Assembly: GCA_964643135.1 (NCBI GenBank)
Contig: CAZXPC010000003.1
Span: 6,152 to 70,151 of the forward strand
Direction of reading: 5' to 3'
Source: an uncultured Candidatus Saccharibacteria bacterium
Lineage (GTDB): Bacteria; Patescibacteriota; Minisyncoccia; UBA6257; Colwellbacteraceae
Length of the DNA: 64,000 nt
Below are positions 19,265-29,149 of this stretch, piece by piece (position 1 is the stretch's first letter; every line of letters starts with the position of its first letter). Made by a program: the position numbers and the translations under genes. The notes beneath the pieces are model-generated. The model worked only from the letters and a program-made list of their open reading frames with translations. It ran no database searches and was not told the origin of the DNA.

Positions 19265-19618
19265 TTCTGTTCCACAGTTTCTCAACATGTGGATAAGGTG
19301 TTTGTTTTCGGTGGATAAAAAATGGCCAATCAGAGAAAGGTTGATTCAATGATTGGCACGGCGCTTTTTCACAATTCCCCAGATCCAGGCGAGGAAAGGG
19401 AAGAGCAGGATGAAGAGTATGCCGCCTATAGCTATGATCGATGCTGGTGGAAGCTGGAGTACGGACAACGCGACTATTTCGATCCCATCTGCCTAATTTC
19501 AGGCACGGGTCAGATTACTCAATTTTTATGAGGCAGTCAACATTCAGGTTCCCCATCTTAAATTGCTTTAATGACGGACGCATTGTAGATTTATATTCAT
19601 AAACCTTATTGAAAGAAT

Positions 19619-20422
19619 ATGAAAATAAGTTATGTAATTCCAGCACGTAACGAAGAGGCGCGCATCGGTAAATGTCTGGAGTCGATTGTTGCTCATATTA
19701 AGAAATATCCGCATGACGCCGAGATTATTGTGGTCAGTTCAAGCACGGACAAAACCAAGGAGATCGCGCTCAGTTTTCCGGGCGTAAAAGTTATTGACGA
19801 GAGAAGAAAAGGTGTGGCCCGGGCCAGGGACACCGGCTACCGCGCCAGCACCGGAGATCTTATAGCCGGTATCGATGCGGATATCATTATGATGGACGGC
19901 TGGGTGGAAAAAGTTTTGGGTTTTTTTAAAGCCGACCAGAAACTCGTGGCTTTGAGCGGCCCGCACATATTTTATGATATGCCGAAAAGGATCCAGGCGG
20001 TGGCCAACATTTTTTACGGCATGGGCGTGACGGTTGATTTTATCAATCAGGCTCTGTTTCAAGTTGGCTCACTGCTCCAGGGAGGGAATTTCGTGGTTAG
20101 AAGGACGGCGTTGGATAAGATCAACGGCTGGAATACTGAATTTGTTTTTTACGGAGAGGATATCGATCTGGGCCGGCGCTTGAGCGCAGTCGGGAAAGTT
20201 AAATTCACATTTGATCTGCCGATCTACGCTTCCGGCCGGCGGGTTGCGGCGGAAGGGGTTGTAGTGATGGGCATGAAGTACGGAATTAATTTTATTTGGA
20301 CCACTTTTTTCAAGAAACCATTTTCAAAGGAATCGATCGCGATCCGGCCCGAGATGGTCAAAAAATTAGATCTCAAAAAGGCTAAGGAATACGTTAAAAA
20401 AGGCAGGAAGCAGGAGTTTTAA
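19619..20422 (+). CDS. Glycosyltransferase family 2
   Basis: ISYVIPARNEE and a DAD motif (GIDADIIM). GT-A fold signatures. Confidence 0.85.
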   Translation: MKISYVIPARNEEARIGKCLESIVAHIKKYPHDAEIIVVSSSTDKTKEIALSFPGVKVIDERRKGVARARDTGYRASTGDLIAGIDADIIMMDGWVEKVLGFFKADQKLVALSGPHIFYDMPKRIQAVANIFYGMGVTVDFINQALFQVGSLLQGGNFVVRRTALDKINGWNTEFVFYGEDIDLGRRLSAVGKVKFTFDLPIYASGRRVAAEGVVVMGMKYGINFIWTTFFKKPFSKESIAIRPEMVKKLDLKKAKEYVKKGRKQEF

Positions 20423-21132
20423 CGAATAGCTGTCCACTCTTTAGAAATAGAACGGCGGAAGAATTGAACTGATGCTCCTTCGAGCATGCCGGTCAGGAGG
20501 ACTCTGGCCCAACCCAATCTTTTTTGCCGCCGCGGTTCGTGCAAAATCTCTAGAGATAATTCGCTATGGGTGCGTCCGATTTTGGCCAGGCGGATAAACA
20601 TATCTTGATCCTCGCAAACAACAATTTTTTCATTATAGCCGCCGATTTTTTTGAAAGCGCTGGCCCGAATCATTTGAAATTTGCCGAGCGCGCTGCCCCA
20701 ATGCAGAAAATTATTCATAATCGCGTAGTAGCTGTTAGTCAGCCAGAAGGAGAATCTGATCCCGGCTGTTAGATCTTTAGGATAAACCCCTATTTTGACG
20801 GTGGCTCCGACTAGATTAGGATCTTCGGCGAAGAGAGAGGTTAGTTTGGCAAAAAAAGCGGGCGGATTCGGTATTTCAATACCGGCGTCGGCAAAAACGA
20901 GAAGATCTCCGCGCGCCGCTGCCGCGCCCGCGTTTCGGCCGCGCGCTATGGTGCTTCTTGGTTCAATAACCACTTTGTCCGCTAAAGGTTTGGCGAGAAT
21001 CGGCGTTTTGTCCGTGCTTTGATCTGAAACAATGATTTCGTATTCGCCGGTTGGGGGATTGTCGCGCAGCCTCTTTAGCATTGATTCGATAACTTTTTCT
21101 TCGTTGTAGGTGGGTATAATGATTGAGAGCAT
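20419..21132 (-). CDS. Glycosyltransferase family 2
   Basis: N-terminus MLSIIIPTYNEEKVI. Has the DxD region. Confidence 0.85.
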   Translation of the reverse strand: MLSIIIPTYNEEKVIESMLKRLRDNPPTGEYEIIVSDQSTDKTPILAKPLADKVVIEPRSTIARGRNAGAAAARGDLLVFADAGIEIPNPPAFFAKLTSLFAEDPNLVGATVKIGVYPKDLTAGIRFSFWLTNSYYAIMNNFLHWGSALGKFQMIRASAFKKIGGYNEKIVVCEDQDMFIRLAKIGRTHSELSLEILHEPRRQKRLGWARVLLTGMLEGASVQFFRRSISKEWTAIR

Positions 21133-21139
21133 TCTCTAA

Positions 21140-21793
21140 TTATAGCTTAAAATAAGAATTTTGCGGGCTAGGATGAGGCTCGTCTAAGAAAAGCAGGCTC
21201 TCCGGAGATTCTCGTTCGAGGCTGTTTCCTTCAGGCGTTGATTTGGTATAAGCGACAGTTCCGACGTTTGCACCCTCAGGGTTAACGAGATAAATTACGG
21301 CCCCGTCGTTAGGAAGAGGCGCCGATCTTTTAACATCGGCGTTAGGAGAGGCGGAGTAACCGTTAAAACCGATTAAAAAGAAGCCGTGGTTTTTGATGGA
21401 GGTTAGATCTGCTTTGCCGCCGCCGATTTTGGCGAGCGATGTGCCGCTGCCGCCCGTGGCCAGAATTCGCAGGGACCAGCCGGTTAGATCAACCATGATA
21501 TCGTTGGGGTTGTAGAGCTCGATAAACTCTTGGCCCGCATCGCCCCCGGCCGGATTAAAGAGGATTTCATTAATTATGATATTCTTCGGCGGATTTATCT
21601 TTTTGGGTTTTTGAACTGGGAGAATTTTGGTTTTCGACGGTAGTTTGGGCGAAGTTGGCAAAGTTTGAGTCGAAGACTTGTTTTGAGGCTGGTTTTTAGG
21701 TTCGGCCGGACCTAAGAAAATTGCAACCATCAGAAAAATTAACCCGGCTGTTAAAATTAATAGATATTTTCCGAGCTGCTGCATTGAGCGCAA
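21140..21793 (-). CDS. Lamin tail domain (LTD) protein with an N-terminal TM and a Pro-rich linker
   Basis: INEILFNPAGGDAGQEFIELYNPNDIMVDLTGWSL matches the LTD consensus. Confidence 0.7.
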   Translation of the reverse strand: MRSMQQLGKYLLILTAGLIFLMVAIFLGPAEPKNQPQNKSSTQTLPTSPKLPSKTKILPVQKPKKINPPKNIIINEILFNPAGGDAGQEFIELYNPNDIMVDLTGWSLRILATGGSGTSLAKIGGGKADLTSIKNHGFFLIGFNGYSASPNADVKRSAPLPNDGAVIYLVNPEGANVGTVAYTKSTPEGNSLERESPESLLFLDEPHPSPQNSYFKL

Positions 21794-21867
21794 TCTATCA
21801 CTGATTAGTCCTTTAAACTAATTTCTTGGCGAAGAGGCCTTCATTATTTTTTCATCACTTCTGGGAG

Positions 21868-22785
21868 CTAGAGCTTGGCGAGGTAGTCCTGGATATTCAG
21901 AACCGCTTTCACAGCATCACCGGCGGAAATGTTGTTTTGTTTATAGAGTACGTCTGAGGCGTCGCCGGCCGCCCAAATTCCTGCGAGAGAAGACTGCTGA
22001 GTCTTGTGGTCGACGATGATTTCCCCAATAGTGTTGAGCTTGACCAGATCTTTCACAAAGCCGGTATTCGGTATGGCGCCGATCTCAACAAAGACGCCGT
22101 CGAGGCTGATTTCACCAACTTCGCCAGTTTTAAGATTTTTATATTTTAAACCAGTGACAAATTTGTCGCCGACGATTTCTTGCGTATCGATATTGACCAT
22201 GATCGTAACTTTCGGATCTTTTTTAACTTTTTCAAAGGTAATCAGGTCTCCTTTGCAAGCTTCACCGCGTTCGATCAAATAAATTTTGGAGGCATACATC
22301 TGGAGATCAAGAACCGATTCCAGGCCGGCATTGCCGCCGCCAATGACCGCCACCGTTTTATCTTTAAAAAGCGGCGCGTCACACGTGGCGCAATAGGCGA
22401 CGCCCTTGCCGTCGAATTCTTTTTCACCCGGAACTTTAAGTTTTCGGCGGCTCGAGCCGGTTGTAATCAAAATTGTTTTGGTTTCAAAGACTTTGCTGGA
22501 GGTCGTAGTAACTTTGAAGTTATTCTCTATTTTTTCTAATTTTTCGGCGCGGTCGCCGTCGATTATTTCGATGCCTTCTTGGGCGCGCAGGTGCTCTTCC
22601 AAGTTTTTAGCTAGGTCCAAGCCGGAAATAGATTTGGTACCAATCCAATTTTGGACGTCAGCCGACACAATCGATTGGCCGCCGAAGGTTTCAGTGATGA
22701 GCGCTACCTTAAATTTTTTTCGAGCGGCGTAGACGCCGGCCGCAACTCCCGCCGGCCCTCCGCCGATAATAATTAAGTCGTACAT
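21868..22785 (-). CDS. trxB: Thioredoxin-disulfide reductase
   Basis: FAD site IIGGGPAGVAAGVYAARK. Redox-active CATCDAPLF. NAD site GGGNAG. Confidence 0.9.
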   Translation of the reverse strand: MYDLIIIGGGPAGVAAGVYAARKKFKVALITETFGGQSIVSADVQNWIGTKSISGLDLAKNLEEHLRAQEGIEIIDGDRAEKLEKIENNFKVTTTSSKVFETKTILITTGSSRRKLKVPGEKEFDGKGVAYCATCDAPLFKDKTVAVIGGGNAGLESVLDLQMYASKIYLIERGEACKGDLITFEKVKKDPKVTIMVNIDTQEIVGDKFVTGLKYKNLKTGEVGEISLDGVFVEIGAIPNTGFVKDLVKLNTIGEIIVDHKTQQSSLAGIWAAGDASDVLYKQNNISAGDAVKAVLNIQDYLAKL

Positions 22786-22802
22786 AAAACAGTTAAATCG
22801 AG

Positions 22803-23075
22803 CTATTTCTTTCCGAGAGCTTTCTCAACTTGCATTTTATTGAAGCCGATCACGATTGTGCCGTTCACATCAATCACTGGTACGCCCATCTGGCCGGATT
22901 TGCGGATCATTTCTTCGCGCGCGGCATCGTCAAGCACGACGTTGACCTCGCTATACTCAATGTTATTAGCTTTGAAGTATTCTTTAGCCAATTTGCAGTA
23001 GACGCACGAAGGAGTTGTGTAAATTTTTACCATAAATTTATCTTTAAATATTATTCTTAATGTTATGCCTCGCAT
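22803..23075 (-). CDS. Glutaredoxin-like / NrdH-like thioredoxin-fold protein
   Basis: IYTTPSCVYCKLAKEYF contains the CxxC motif. Thioredoxin fold. The true start is probably the internal Met (MVKIYTTPSC). Confidence 0.8.
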   Translation of the reverse strand: MRGITLRIIFKDKFMVKIYTTPSCVYCKLAKEYFKANNIEYSEVNVVLDDAAREEMIRKSGQMGVPVIDVNGTIVIGFNKMQVEKALGKK

Positions 23076-23080
23076 ATTTA

Positions 23081-23128
23081 AAAGTCAAAAAACAATATTT
23101 TGACTTTAGTTGGGAAATTGGTTTAAAT
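23081..23128 (+). promoter_or_regulatory. Candidate operator plus sigma70-like promoter. Perfect 10-bp inverted repeat AAAGTCAAAA / TTTTGACTTT overlapping a TTGACT-17-TTAAAT promoter
   Basis: The inverted repeat lies at 23081-23090 and 23098-23107. TTGACT is at 23100-23105, a 17-nt spacer follows, and TTAAAT is at 23123-23128. All read directly from the sequence. Confidence 0.5.
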
Positions 23129-23147
23129 CCATAATGGAGAAACCGGA

Positions 23148-23369
23148 ATGGCTGAAGAGCTGATCCTAGTCTTGGAAAGGGCGGTTGAGATGCTCGATAT
23201 CGAGGACGAGAACGACCGGAAGCAAATGCCCCCCGGCCGCTACGAAGTCCAGCGGCGCCCCAATCCCCACGGCCGCGACGCCAATTGGGTCGTCATCAAG
23301 GGCACGACAACCGGCGCCGCAGAGAACCACTTCCGGCACATGGCTGGAGTTAGGTTCGAAGAACCTTAA
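23148..23369 (+). CDS. Small (73 aa) hypothetical protein in a locally high-GC segment
   Basis: ORF only. Preceded by the operator/promoter at 23081-23128. GC is well above that of its neighbours. Confidence 0.4.
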   Translation: MAEELILVLERAVEMLDIEDENDRKQMPPGRYEVQRRPNPHGRDANWVVIKGTTTGAAENHFRHMAGVRFEEP

Positions 23370-23456
23370 CCCTTTTCTCTTATGAGGCCTTCCCGGCCTC
23401 TTTCTTTTTGAAGAGCGAATTGTAATAAAGTTCTCTCGAAGGTAGTATGTTTAATA

Positions 23457-24929
23457 ATGGACGAGCTAAACGAAAGCCAGGATATTCAGGCGGAACTTCG
23501 CAGCCACAAAAAAGTTATTCGTAAGAATGCTTTGTGGCTCTTTTTCGGAGAGATGATCGGACGGGTGTTCCGTCTGGCGGTCACGATCTTGCCGGCCAAG
23601 TTGATTTCGAAAGAAAGTTGGGGCGGGTTTAACTATGTGCTCAGCGTAGTGACGCTTCTAACTGCTCTGGCTGATATCGGAATAAGCGTTTTGATCACAC
23701 GCGAGGCCAATAAACATCCCGAGTCTAAAAAGCAGTATCTCTCGACCGCCTTTTTTATCAAGCTGGGGCTGATAACTGCTCTCGGAATTGTTTTCGCTGT
23801 TATCTCTAATGTTTTTGCGGATGATCCGGAGATAAAGGTGCTGGCGCCTTTAATGCTTTTTATATTCGTTTTCGATTCGCTTCGGGATTTTGGCACCGCT
23901 ATCGCTCGGGCCAACGAGAGAATGGAAAAAGAGGGACTAAACGATATCATGACCAATGTCTTTATCGCGAGTTTTGGACTGCTTTTCCTATATCTCAATC
24001 CGAGCGCATTTAGTATCGCCTTAGCCTACGCGATCGGCACAGGCTTAGGGCTTATAAGCATCGCTCTTGCCGTTCGGGAAGATATTAAATATTTATTCCA
24101 TAATTTTAATCGCAGCCTAATGAAGCACATCGCTCTCTCGGCTTGGCCGTTCGGCGCCCTGGGCCTCATGGGGATTCTGATGGTCAACACCGATGTCTTT
24201 ATCATTAAATGGCTGCTTTCATTAAAGGAAGTTGCGCTTTATGCCGCGCCGCAAAAATTAATTCAGGTTTTGTACATCATTCCGGGTTTTGTGAGTTCCG
24301 CTTTTTTCCCGGCCTTAGCCAAATATACCAAAGAACCGGCGAAATTTAGGCACCTCTTCGAAAATGCCCTGTCGGTAGTGATGATGATCGCTGTCCCGTT
24401 AGCTTTTGGGTCGATTGTATTGGCGACTCCCATTATCAATTTTCTTTATAACTCCAGTTTTTATGCATCTGTCTTAACCTTCCGGATATTGGCCCTAACT
24501 ATTATTTCGGTCGCTATGTCGGTGGCGATTAGTAATGTTATTTATGCTCACGGTCGCGAAAAGGGATACATTTTAGTTTCTTTTATAGGTATTTTTGGAA
24601 ATCTTTTTCTGGACTTGCTGCTGATACCCAAATGGGGCATCGCTGGTTCTGCGGTGGCTACATTGATCAGCCAGATTTTTATTAATACCTACGCTTTTTA
24701 TAAAGCCAAACAGCTGGTGACCTTCAGAATCTTGGGCCGCGCCGCCAAAATATTTCTAGCTGCCCTGCTTATGAGCGTTTTGGCCTATATGATGAACCAT
24801 CTCGGAGTTAATTTAATTATTAACGTGATCTTGTCCGCCATGGCTTATATCTGCTGGCTGATTCTTCTCAAAGAGGAGTCTCTGAGGGATTTCTGGGGCC
24901 TCACCGCCCGGGGCGGGGGCAAGAGTTGA
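23457..24929 (+). CDS. Polysaccharide biosynthesis / oligosaccharide flippase (MOP superfamily, Wzx-like)
   Basis: 490 aa, about 12-14 TM helices. The arrangement is typical of PST-family flippases. Lies near the GT2 genes. Confidence 0.75.
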   Translation: MDELNESQDIQAELRSHKKVIRKNALWLFFGEMIGRVFRLAVTILPAKLISKESWGGFNYVLSVVTLLTALADIGISVLITREANKHPESKKQYLSTAFFIKLGLITALGIVFAVISNVFADDPEIKVLAPLMLFIFVFDSLRDFGTAIARANERMEKEGLNDIMTNVFIASFGLLFLYLNPSAFSIALAYAIGTGLGLISIALAVREDIKYLFHNFNRSLMKHIALSAWPFGALGLMGILMVNTDVFIIKWLLSLKEVALYAAPQKLIQVLYIIPGFVSSAFFPALAKYTKEPAKFRHLFENALSVVMMIAVPLAFGSIVLATPIINFLYNSSFYASVLTFRILALTIISVAMSVAISNVIYAHGREKGYILVSFIGIFGNLFLDLLLIPKWGIAGSAVATLISQIFINTYAFYKAKQLVTFRILGRAAKIFLAALLMSVLAYMMNHLGVNLIINVILSAMAYICWLILLKEESLRDFWGLTARGGGKS

Positions 24930-24997
24930 TGAATTTATGTTTTTGCTCTATGATAAATGGATTCTTAGTCGTATAAAAATATAAATATTTTAAAAAT

Positions 24998-25468
24998 ATG
25001 TTGGGAAGAAAATCTGTAGGAATGGTGCTCGCTCTTTTAGCCGCGGCCGGCGTGGTCTCGGTAATTGTAGCTTCGATCATTATGCCTCAATCGTTTGCCA
25101 GGCCGTATTGGGTTATTCAGACCCCGTCGACAGTTTATATAGCTCAAATCCACAGCAGCCCATTTTCGCCTTTTTTGGCGCTGAATAATGTTTATATTTA
25201 TGTTGAACAGCAAGACACCAACAAACAAGTCCACCAGTCCTTAAACCCGATTGATCCGAATGCTCTCTGGGGATCTCACCGGATTTATTTAAACCGCGAT
25301 CAAGTTGTTTTCAAAACCGCGGTTGAAAAGAATAGCCAAATTTACGCGACCCTTTGCGGCCAGGCCGATGCCTCTCTGAGGCCAGCCGGATGTCCCGCAC
25401 CGGTTCCGCAGCCTCAACCAGCCCCAGCTGCTCCAGCTCCAGCTCCAACGCCAGCCCCAGCTAAGTAG
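24998..25468 (+). CDS. Hypothetical secreted/membrane-anchored protein with a Pro/Ala-rich C-terminus
   Basis: N-terminal hydrophobic segment. C-terminal PAPVPQPQPAPAAPAPAPTPAPAK. Confidence 0.5.
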   Translation: MLGRKSVGMVLALLAAAGVVSVIVASIIMPQSFARPYWVIQTPSTVYIAQIHSSPFSPFLALNNVYIYVEQQDTNKQVHQSLNPIDPNALWGSHRIYLNRDQVVFKTAVEKNSQIYATLCGQADASLRPAGCPAPVPQPQPAPAAPAPAPTPAPAK

Positions 25469-25477
25469 TCAAAGAAA

Positions 25478-25510
25478 AATTCCCGAGATCAAACTCGGGA
25501 ATTTTATTTG
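25478..25510 (+). terminator. Rho-independent terminator (AATTCCCGAG-ATCAAA-CTCGGGAATT followed by a T run)
   Basis: 10-bp perfect stem followed by TTTATTTG. Confidence 0.75.
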
Positions 25511-25799
25511 TAAAAAATAAAACTGCGGACGCGTCAGCCCTTCCTAATCCTCACTGGAGAGAAGTCTCTAACCGGCGGGAACCAGTCGGATTTTTTAGTG
25601 AGGTTCGGATGGACGAGATCGCTGTTAATCCTGTCTCGCGGGCTGGGCAACGGGTGATCGCCCTGATAGCCTCGCTGGACGCGGCCGCAGTGGCACTATT
25701 CTCACACAAGATTTATTTTGAGTCAAATTTGAGGCTAGCGCATGCGCCGTAAATCCTTGTAATCTCAGAATAGCGAATGGTAGTATTCATGAATACTCA

Positions 25800-25870
25800 G
25801 GGGGTATAGTTTAGTGGTAAAACTTTCGTCTTATACACGAATAAGCTTGGTTCGATTCCAAGTACCCCCA
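25800..25870 (+). tRNA. tRNA-Ile (anticodon TAT, AUA-decoding)
   Basis: Hand-folded. Acceptor GGGGGTA/TACCCCC. Anticodon stem TTCGT/ACGAA, loop CTTATAC. T-arm CTTGG-TTCGATT-CCAAG. Confidence 0.7.
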
Positions 25871-25892
25871 CTGCTCGCATCAAATCCTAATT

Positions 25893-27767
25893 CTAACTCT
25901 TCAAAAGGGCGTAGAATTCTTCTTGTTCCAAAGTTTCTTTTTGGATCAAAATGTCGGCGATTTTCTTTAGAATCTTTTTCTTCCCGGCGATTATCTTAGC
26001 TGCTGTTTTGTAGGCGTCGTCCAAGAATTTCCTTACTTCTTCATCAATTTTTTGCGCCACTGATTCGGAGTAGCCGCGGTCGCTGCCGATTTCTTTGCCC
26101 AAGAAAATCGTATCGTGGCCATCTTTGAAGGTAATCGGGCCGAGTTTTTCGCTCATACCGTACTGAGTGACGAGCGCGCGGGCAATTTTTGAGGCGACTT
26201 GCAAATCGTTCGAGGCGCCGGTTGTGAGGTCGCTAAAAGTCATTTTCTCGGCCGCATAACCGCCCATGGCCACGGCGAGATCAGCTACAAATTGAGACTT
26301 GGTTTTTAATCTTTGATCCTCTAAGGGAAGTTTCAGCGTATAGCCGCCGGCTTGGCCGCGGGCGATGATTGAAACCTTATGAACCGGGTCGGAGTCTTTG
26401 AGTGTGGCGGCCACCAATGCGTGACCAGCCTCGTGATACGCCGTAATTTCCTTTTCTTTCTGTGAGACGATTCGACTCTTGCGGGCAGGCCCGAGCATTA
26501 CTTTTTCAATCGAGTCATAGATACTGTCCTGCGTAATTAGTTTGCGGTTCTGCTGAGCGGTTACGATCGCGGCTTCATTGAGCAAATTAGCTAGATCAGC
26601 GCCGGAGAAGCCCGGAGTTCGGGTGGCGATTTTTTTAAGATCAACATTGGTGTCGAGCGGCTTACCCTTGGCGTGGAGTTTCAAGATCAATTCCCGTTCG
26701 TTGATGTCCGGCAAGTCTAGGAAAACGCGGCGGTCGAAACGGCCGGGTCGGAGAAGCGCGCTGTCTAACACGTCCGGGCGGTTGGTCGCCGCCATCACGA
26801 TCACTTTGGTGTCGCGGTCGAAGCCATCCATTTCGACTAGGATCTGGTTTAGTGTTTGTTCGCGTTCATCGTGGCCGCCGCCTAATCCGGCGCCTCTTTC
26901 GCGGCCGATCGCGTCAATCTCGTCAATGAATATTATGGCCGGCGCGGCGCGCTTAGCGGTTTCAAAGAGGTCGCGCACGCGGCTCGCTCCCACACCCACA
27001 AACATTTCGACAAATTCCGAGGCTGACATGTGGAAAAATGGCACGTTAGCTTCGCCGGCCACAGCTCGGGCGAGCAAAGTTTTACCGGTACCCGGTGCGC
27101 CCATCATCAATACGCCGCGGGGAATTTTGGCGCCGATATCAAGATATTTTTTAGGGTTTTTCAAGAAATCAACGATTTCAACTAGTTCCTGTTTAGCCTC
27201 TTTCAAACCCGCGACGTCATTAAACGTGACGCGGTCTTTGTAGGGCAGGGTGCGTTTCACGTTAGCTTTGCCGAAGGTGAAAGCTTGGCTCATGCCGCCC
27301 TTGGCGCGGTTCATGGTGAACCAGAAAATCCCGGCGATGATAATGATTGGCAGAAGAGTCGGGATCAAGATGCCGGCCCAAAAATCAAAACCAGATTGGC
27401 CAACGACATCAAGCTCGACAGATGAGAGTTCTTCGGGCGTAACATTATAGTGGGTAAGCGTTTGGGTCAGACTTGATTCCGTTTCTTTAGTCGAGTTTAA
27501 CTGTGAGCCGTCTTTTAGGGTAATGGCCAGATCTTCGCCCGAAACGACAATTTTGGAAACCTGACCTGATTTAATTTTATTGGCGAGGTCAGCCAGGCTG
27601 ACGTTTTTTGATGATGCCCCGTAGCCGCCGAGGGCTGAAGTGAGAAGCGTGAGGCCGAAAAAGATTAAAATAATCCAGAAAATATTTTTATAGAGTTTTT
27701 TCATGTTGGTGAAGAGATTATAGCAACATAAAGACGCTTCAGCAAAAAAGGTTTGCTCTAACCTCAC
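25893..27767 (-). CDS. ftsH: ATP-dependent zinc metalloprotease FtsH
   Basis: Two N-terminal TM segments. AAA module [11 protein letters not shown] region. HEAGHALV zinc site. Length is 624 aa. Confidence 0.95.
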   Translation of the reverse strand: MRLEQTFFAEASLCCYNLFTNMKKLYKNIFWIILIFFGLTLLTSALGGYGASSKNVSLADLANKIKSGQVSKIVVSGEDLAITLKDGSQLNSTKETESSLTQTLTHYNVTPEELSSVELDVVGQSGFDFWAGILIPTLLPIIIIAGIFWFTMNRAKGGMSQAFTFGKANVKRTLPYKDRVTFNDVAGLKEAKQELVEIVDFLKNPKKYLDIGAKIPRGVLMMGAPGTGKTLLARAVAGEANVPFFHMSASEFVEMFVGVGASRVRDLFETAKRAAPAIIFIDEIDAIGRERGAGLGGGHDEREQTLNQILVEMDGFDRDTKVIVMAATNRPDVLDSALLRPGRFDRRVFLDLPDINERELILKLHAKGKPLDTNVDLKKIATRTPGFSGADLANLLNEAAIVTAQQNRKLITQDSIYDSIEKVMLGPARKSRIVSQKEKEITAYHEAGHALVAATLKDSDPVHKVSIIARGQAGGYTLKLPLEDQRLKTKSQFVADLAVAMGGYAAEKMTFSDLTTGASNDLQVASKIARALVTQYGMSEKLGPITFKDGHDTIFLGKEIGSDRGYSESVAQKIDEEVRKFLDDAYKTAAKIIAGKKKILKKIADILIQKETLEQEEFYALLKS

Positions 27768-28057
27768 CTCCGAACTCGCTTCCGCCCCTCGGAACCAGGA
27801 TATTTTTTCTACTGAAAAAATTCCCTACCGCTCGGCTACCCGCCTCCGCAGTTTCCTCAGAGCGAAACCGAGTTCTCGGCTATGTAGAGGAAGACCCAAG
27901 CAGTAGGAAGAACATCCAAACTACTCTGAGGAGCCTCTCGCAGCCGTTCAATGCGGCGAGAATAAGAAAATCTAGCAAGATTTATCTGTGGTGACGAAGG
28001 GTAGTTTGGGGTTCTGACAAAGAAGGTTCCCGAAGAGGCTGTACTTGGAGAGCGATT
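27768..28057. repeat. Copy C of the modular intergenic repeat family (ORF-free, 290 bp, between ftsH and rpsA)
   Basis: Shares sub-modules with the other copies. CTCTGAGGAGCCTCTCG and ATCTGTGGTGACGAAGGG match copy A in reverse complement. CCCGAAGAGGCTGT matches copies B and D. TTCTCGGCTATG matches copy D. TTCTACTGAAA matches copy A. Confidence 0.7.
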
Positions 28058-29149
28058 CTATTTCTTCGGTGCCAGTTTCAAGACGATTCGCTTATCTTCC
28101 GGCTTAATTGAGTCGATTAGGAAGTCTTTCTGGTCGCCTACGGCTAAAGCTTTCTTCATTTCCTCAACGCCGCCGAATTCGGAGACGTGGATCAAGCCTA
28201 AGATGTCGTTGTCGAGTTTAACCAAAGCGCCGAAGGGGTTAAGTTTGTGAACGGTGCCTTTAACAACATCGGTAGCTTTGTATTTCTTACCGACATTTTC
28301 CCACGGGTCAGCCTGGAGAGCTTTTATTGAGAGCGAGACCTTGCCGTCTTTGATTTCAATGATCTTAGCTTTGATCATATCGCCGACTTTGACGACGTCT
28401 TTCGGGTTTTCGATTAAGCGGTGGTCGAGTTCAGATATGTGAACCAAGCCTTCGATTTCAGGGTTGTCGGCAAACTTGATGAAGGCACCGAAGTTGGCTA
28501 CGCCGCCGATAATGCCATCAACCACATCGCCAACCTTGTATTTAGCGAGCAATTCCTTAGCGTTTTCGTGGGTGATTTCGCGTTCAGAAACGATCAGCTT
28601 GTCGCCGCGAGGGTTGGCGGTGATAATTTTGACTGATAATTCTTGGCCGATGAATTTCTTCAATTCTTCGATCAGCTTGGCGCGATTATTTTCTAAGCCG
28701 CCCGGGTAGTGTTCGCTGGAGAGCTGCGAAGCGGGGAGGAAAGCTTGAATGCCCATGATGTCAGCGATGAGGCCGCCGGCGTTGGCGTTAGTAATTTTGA
28801 TCTTGATCGGCTCATCCTTGTCTTTGAGGTCTTTAATTTCACCCCAAGTCTTTTGCGCGCCGGCCTCGGCGAGCGACAACTCCACCCAGCCGTTTTCATT
28901 TTCCGGCATCACAACTTTGGCGTTCACGGTGTCGCCGATGGACATTTTTTTCAAAATCTCTTTGGCATTACCAACCTCAACTCCGTAGATTATGCCTAAA
29001 CCGATTTTCGGTATTTCGAAAAAGACGCCCTTGGGGGTTTTCTCGACGAGCTTGGCTTCAACCAAGTCGCCTGGTTTGAGGACCAAGACAGTCGACGGGT
29101 CAACTTTTAACATTTGTAACTGCGGCGACTCCTTTTTAACTATTTCCAT
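28058..29149 (-). CDS. rpsA: 30S ribosomal protein S1 (four S1 domains)
   Basis: Repeated S1-domain motifs (GD.V.G.V..I...G.FV). Length is 363 aa. Confidence 0.9.
   Translation of the reverse strand: MEIVKKESPQLQMLKVDPSTVLVLKPGDLVEAKLVEKTPKGVFFEIPKIGLGIIYGVEVGNAKEILKKMSIGDTVNAKVVMPENENGWVELSLAEAGAQKTWGEIKDLKDKDEPIKIKITNANAGGLIADIMGIQAFLPASQLSSEHYPGGLENNRAKLIEELKKFIGQELSVKIITANPRGDKLIVSEREITHENAKELLAKYKVGDVVDGIIGGVANFGAFIKFADNPEIEGLVHISELDHRLIENPKDVVKVGDMIKAKIIEIKDGKVSLSIKALQADPWENVGKKYKATDVVKGTVHKLNPFGALVKLDNDILGLIHVSEFGGVEEMKKALAVGDQKDFLIDSIKPEDKRIVLKLAPKK

Noticed and set aside
25814-25999. 61-aa plus-strand ORF
   Set aside because: It overlaps the hand-folded tRNA-Ile and runs into the ftsH 3' end. 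There is no coding signal.
26578-27243. Plus-strand 221-aa ORF inside ftsH
   Set aside because: It is antisense to a confidently identified FtsH gene and is Ser/Arg/Pro-rich low complexity.
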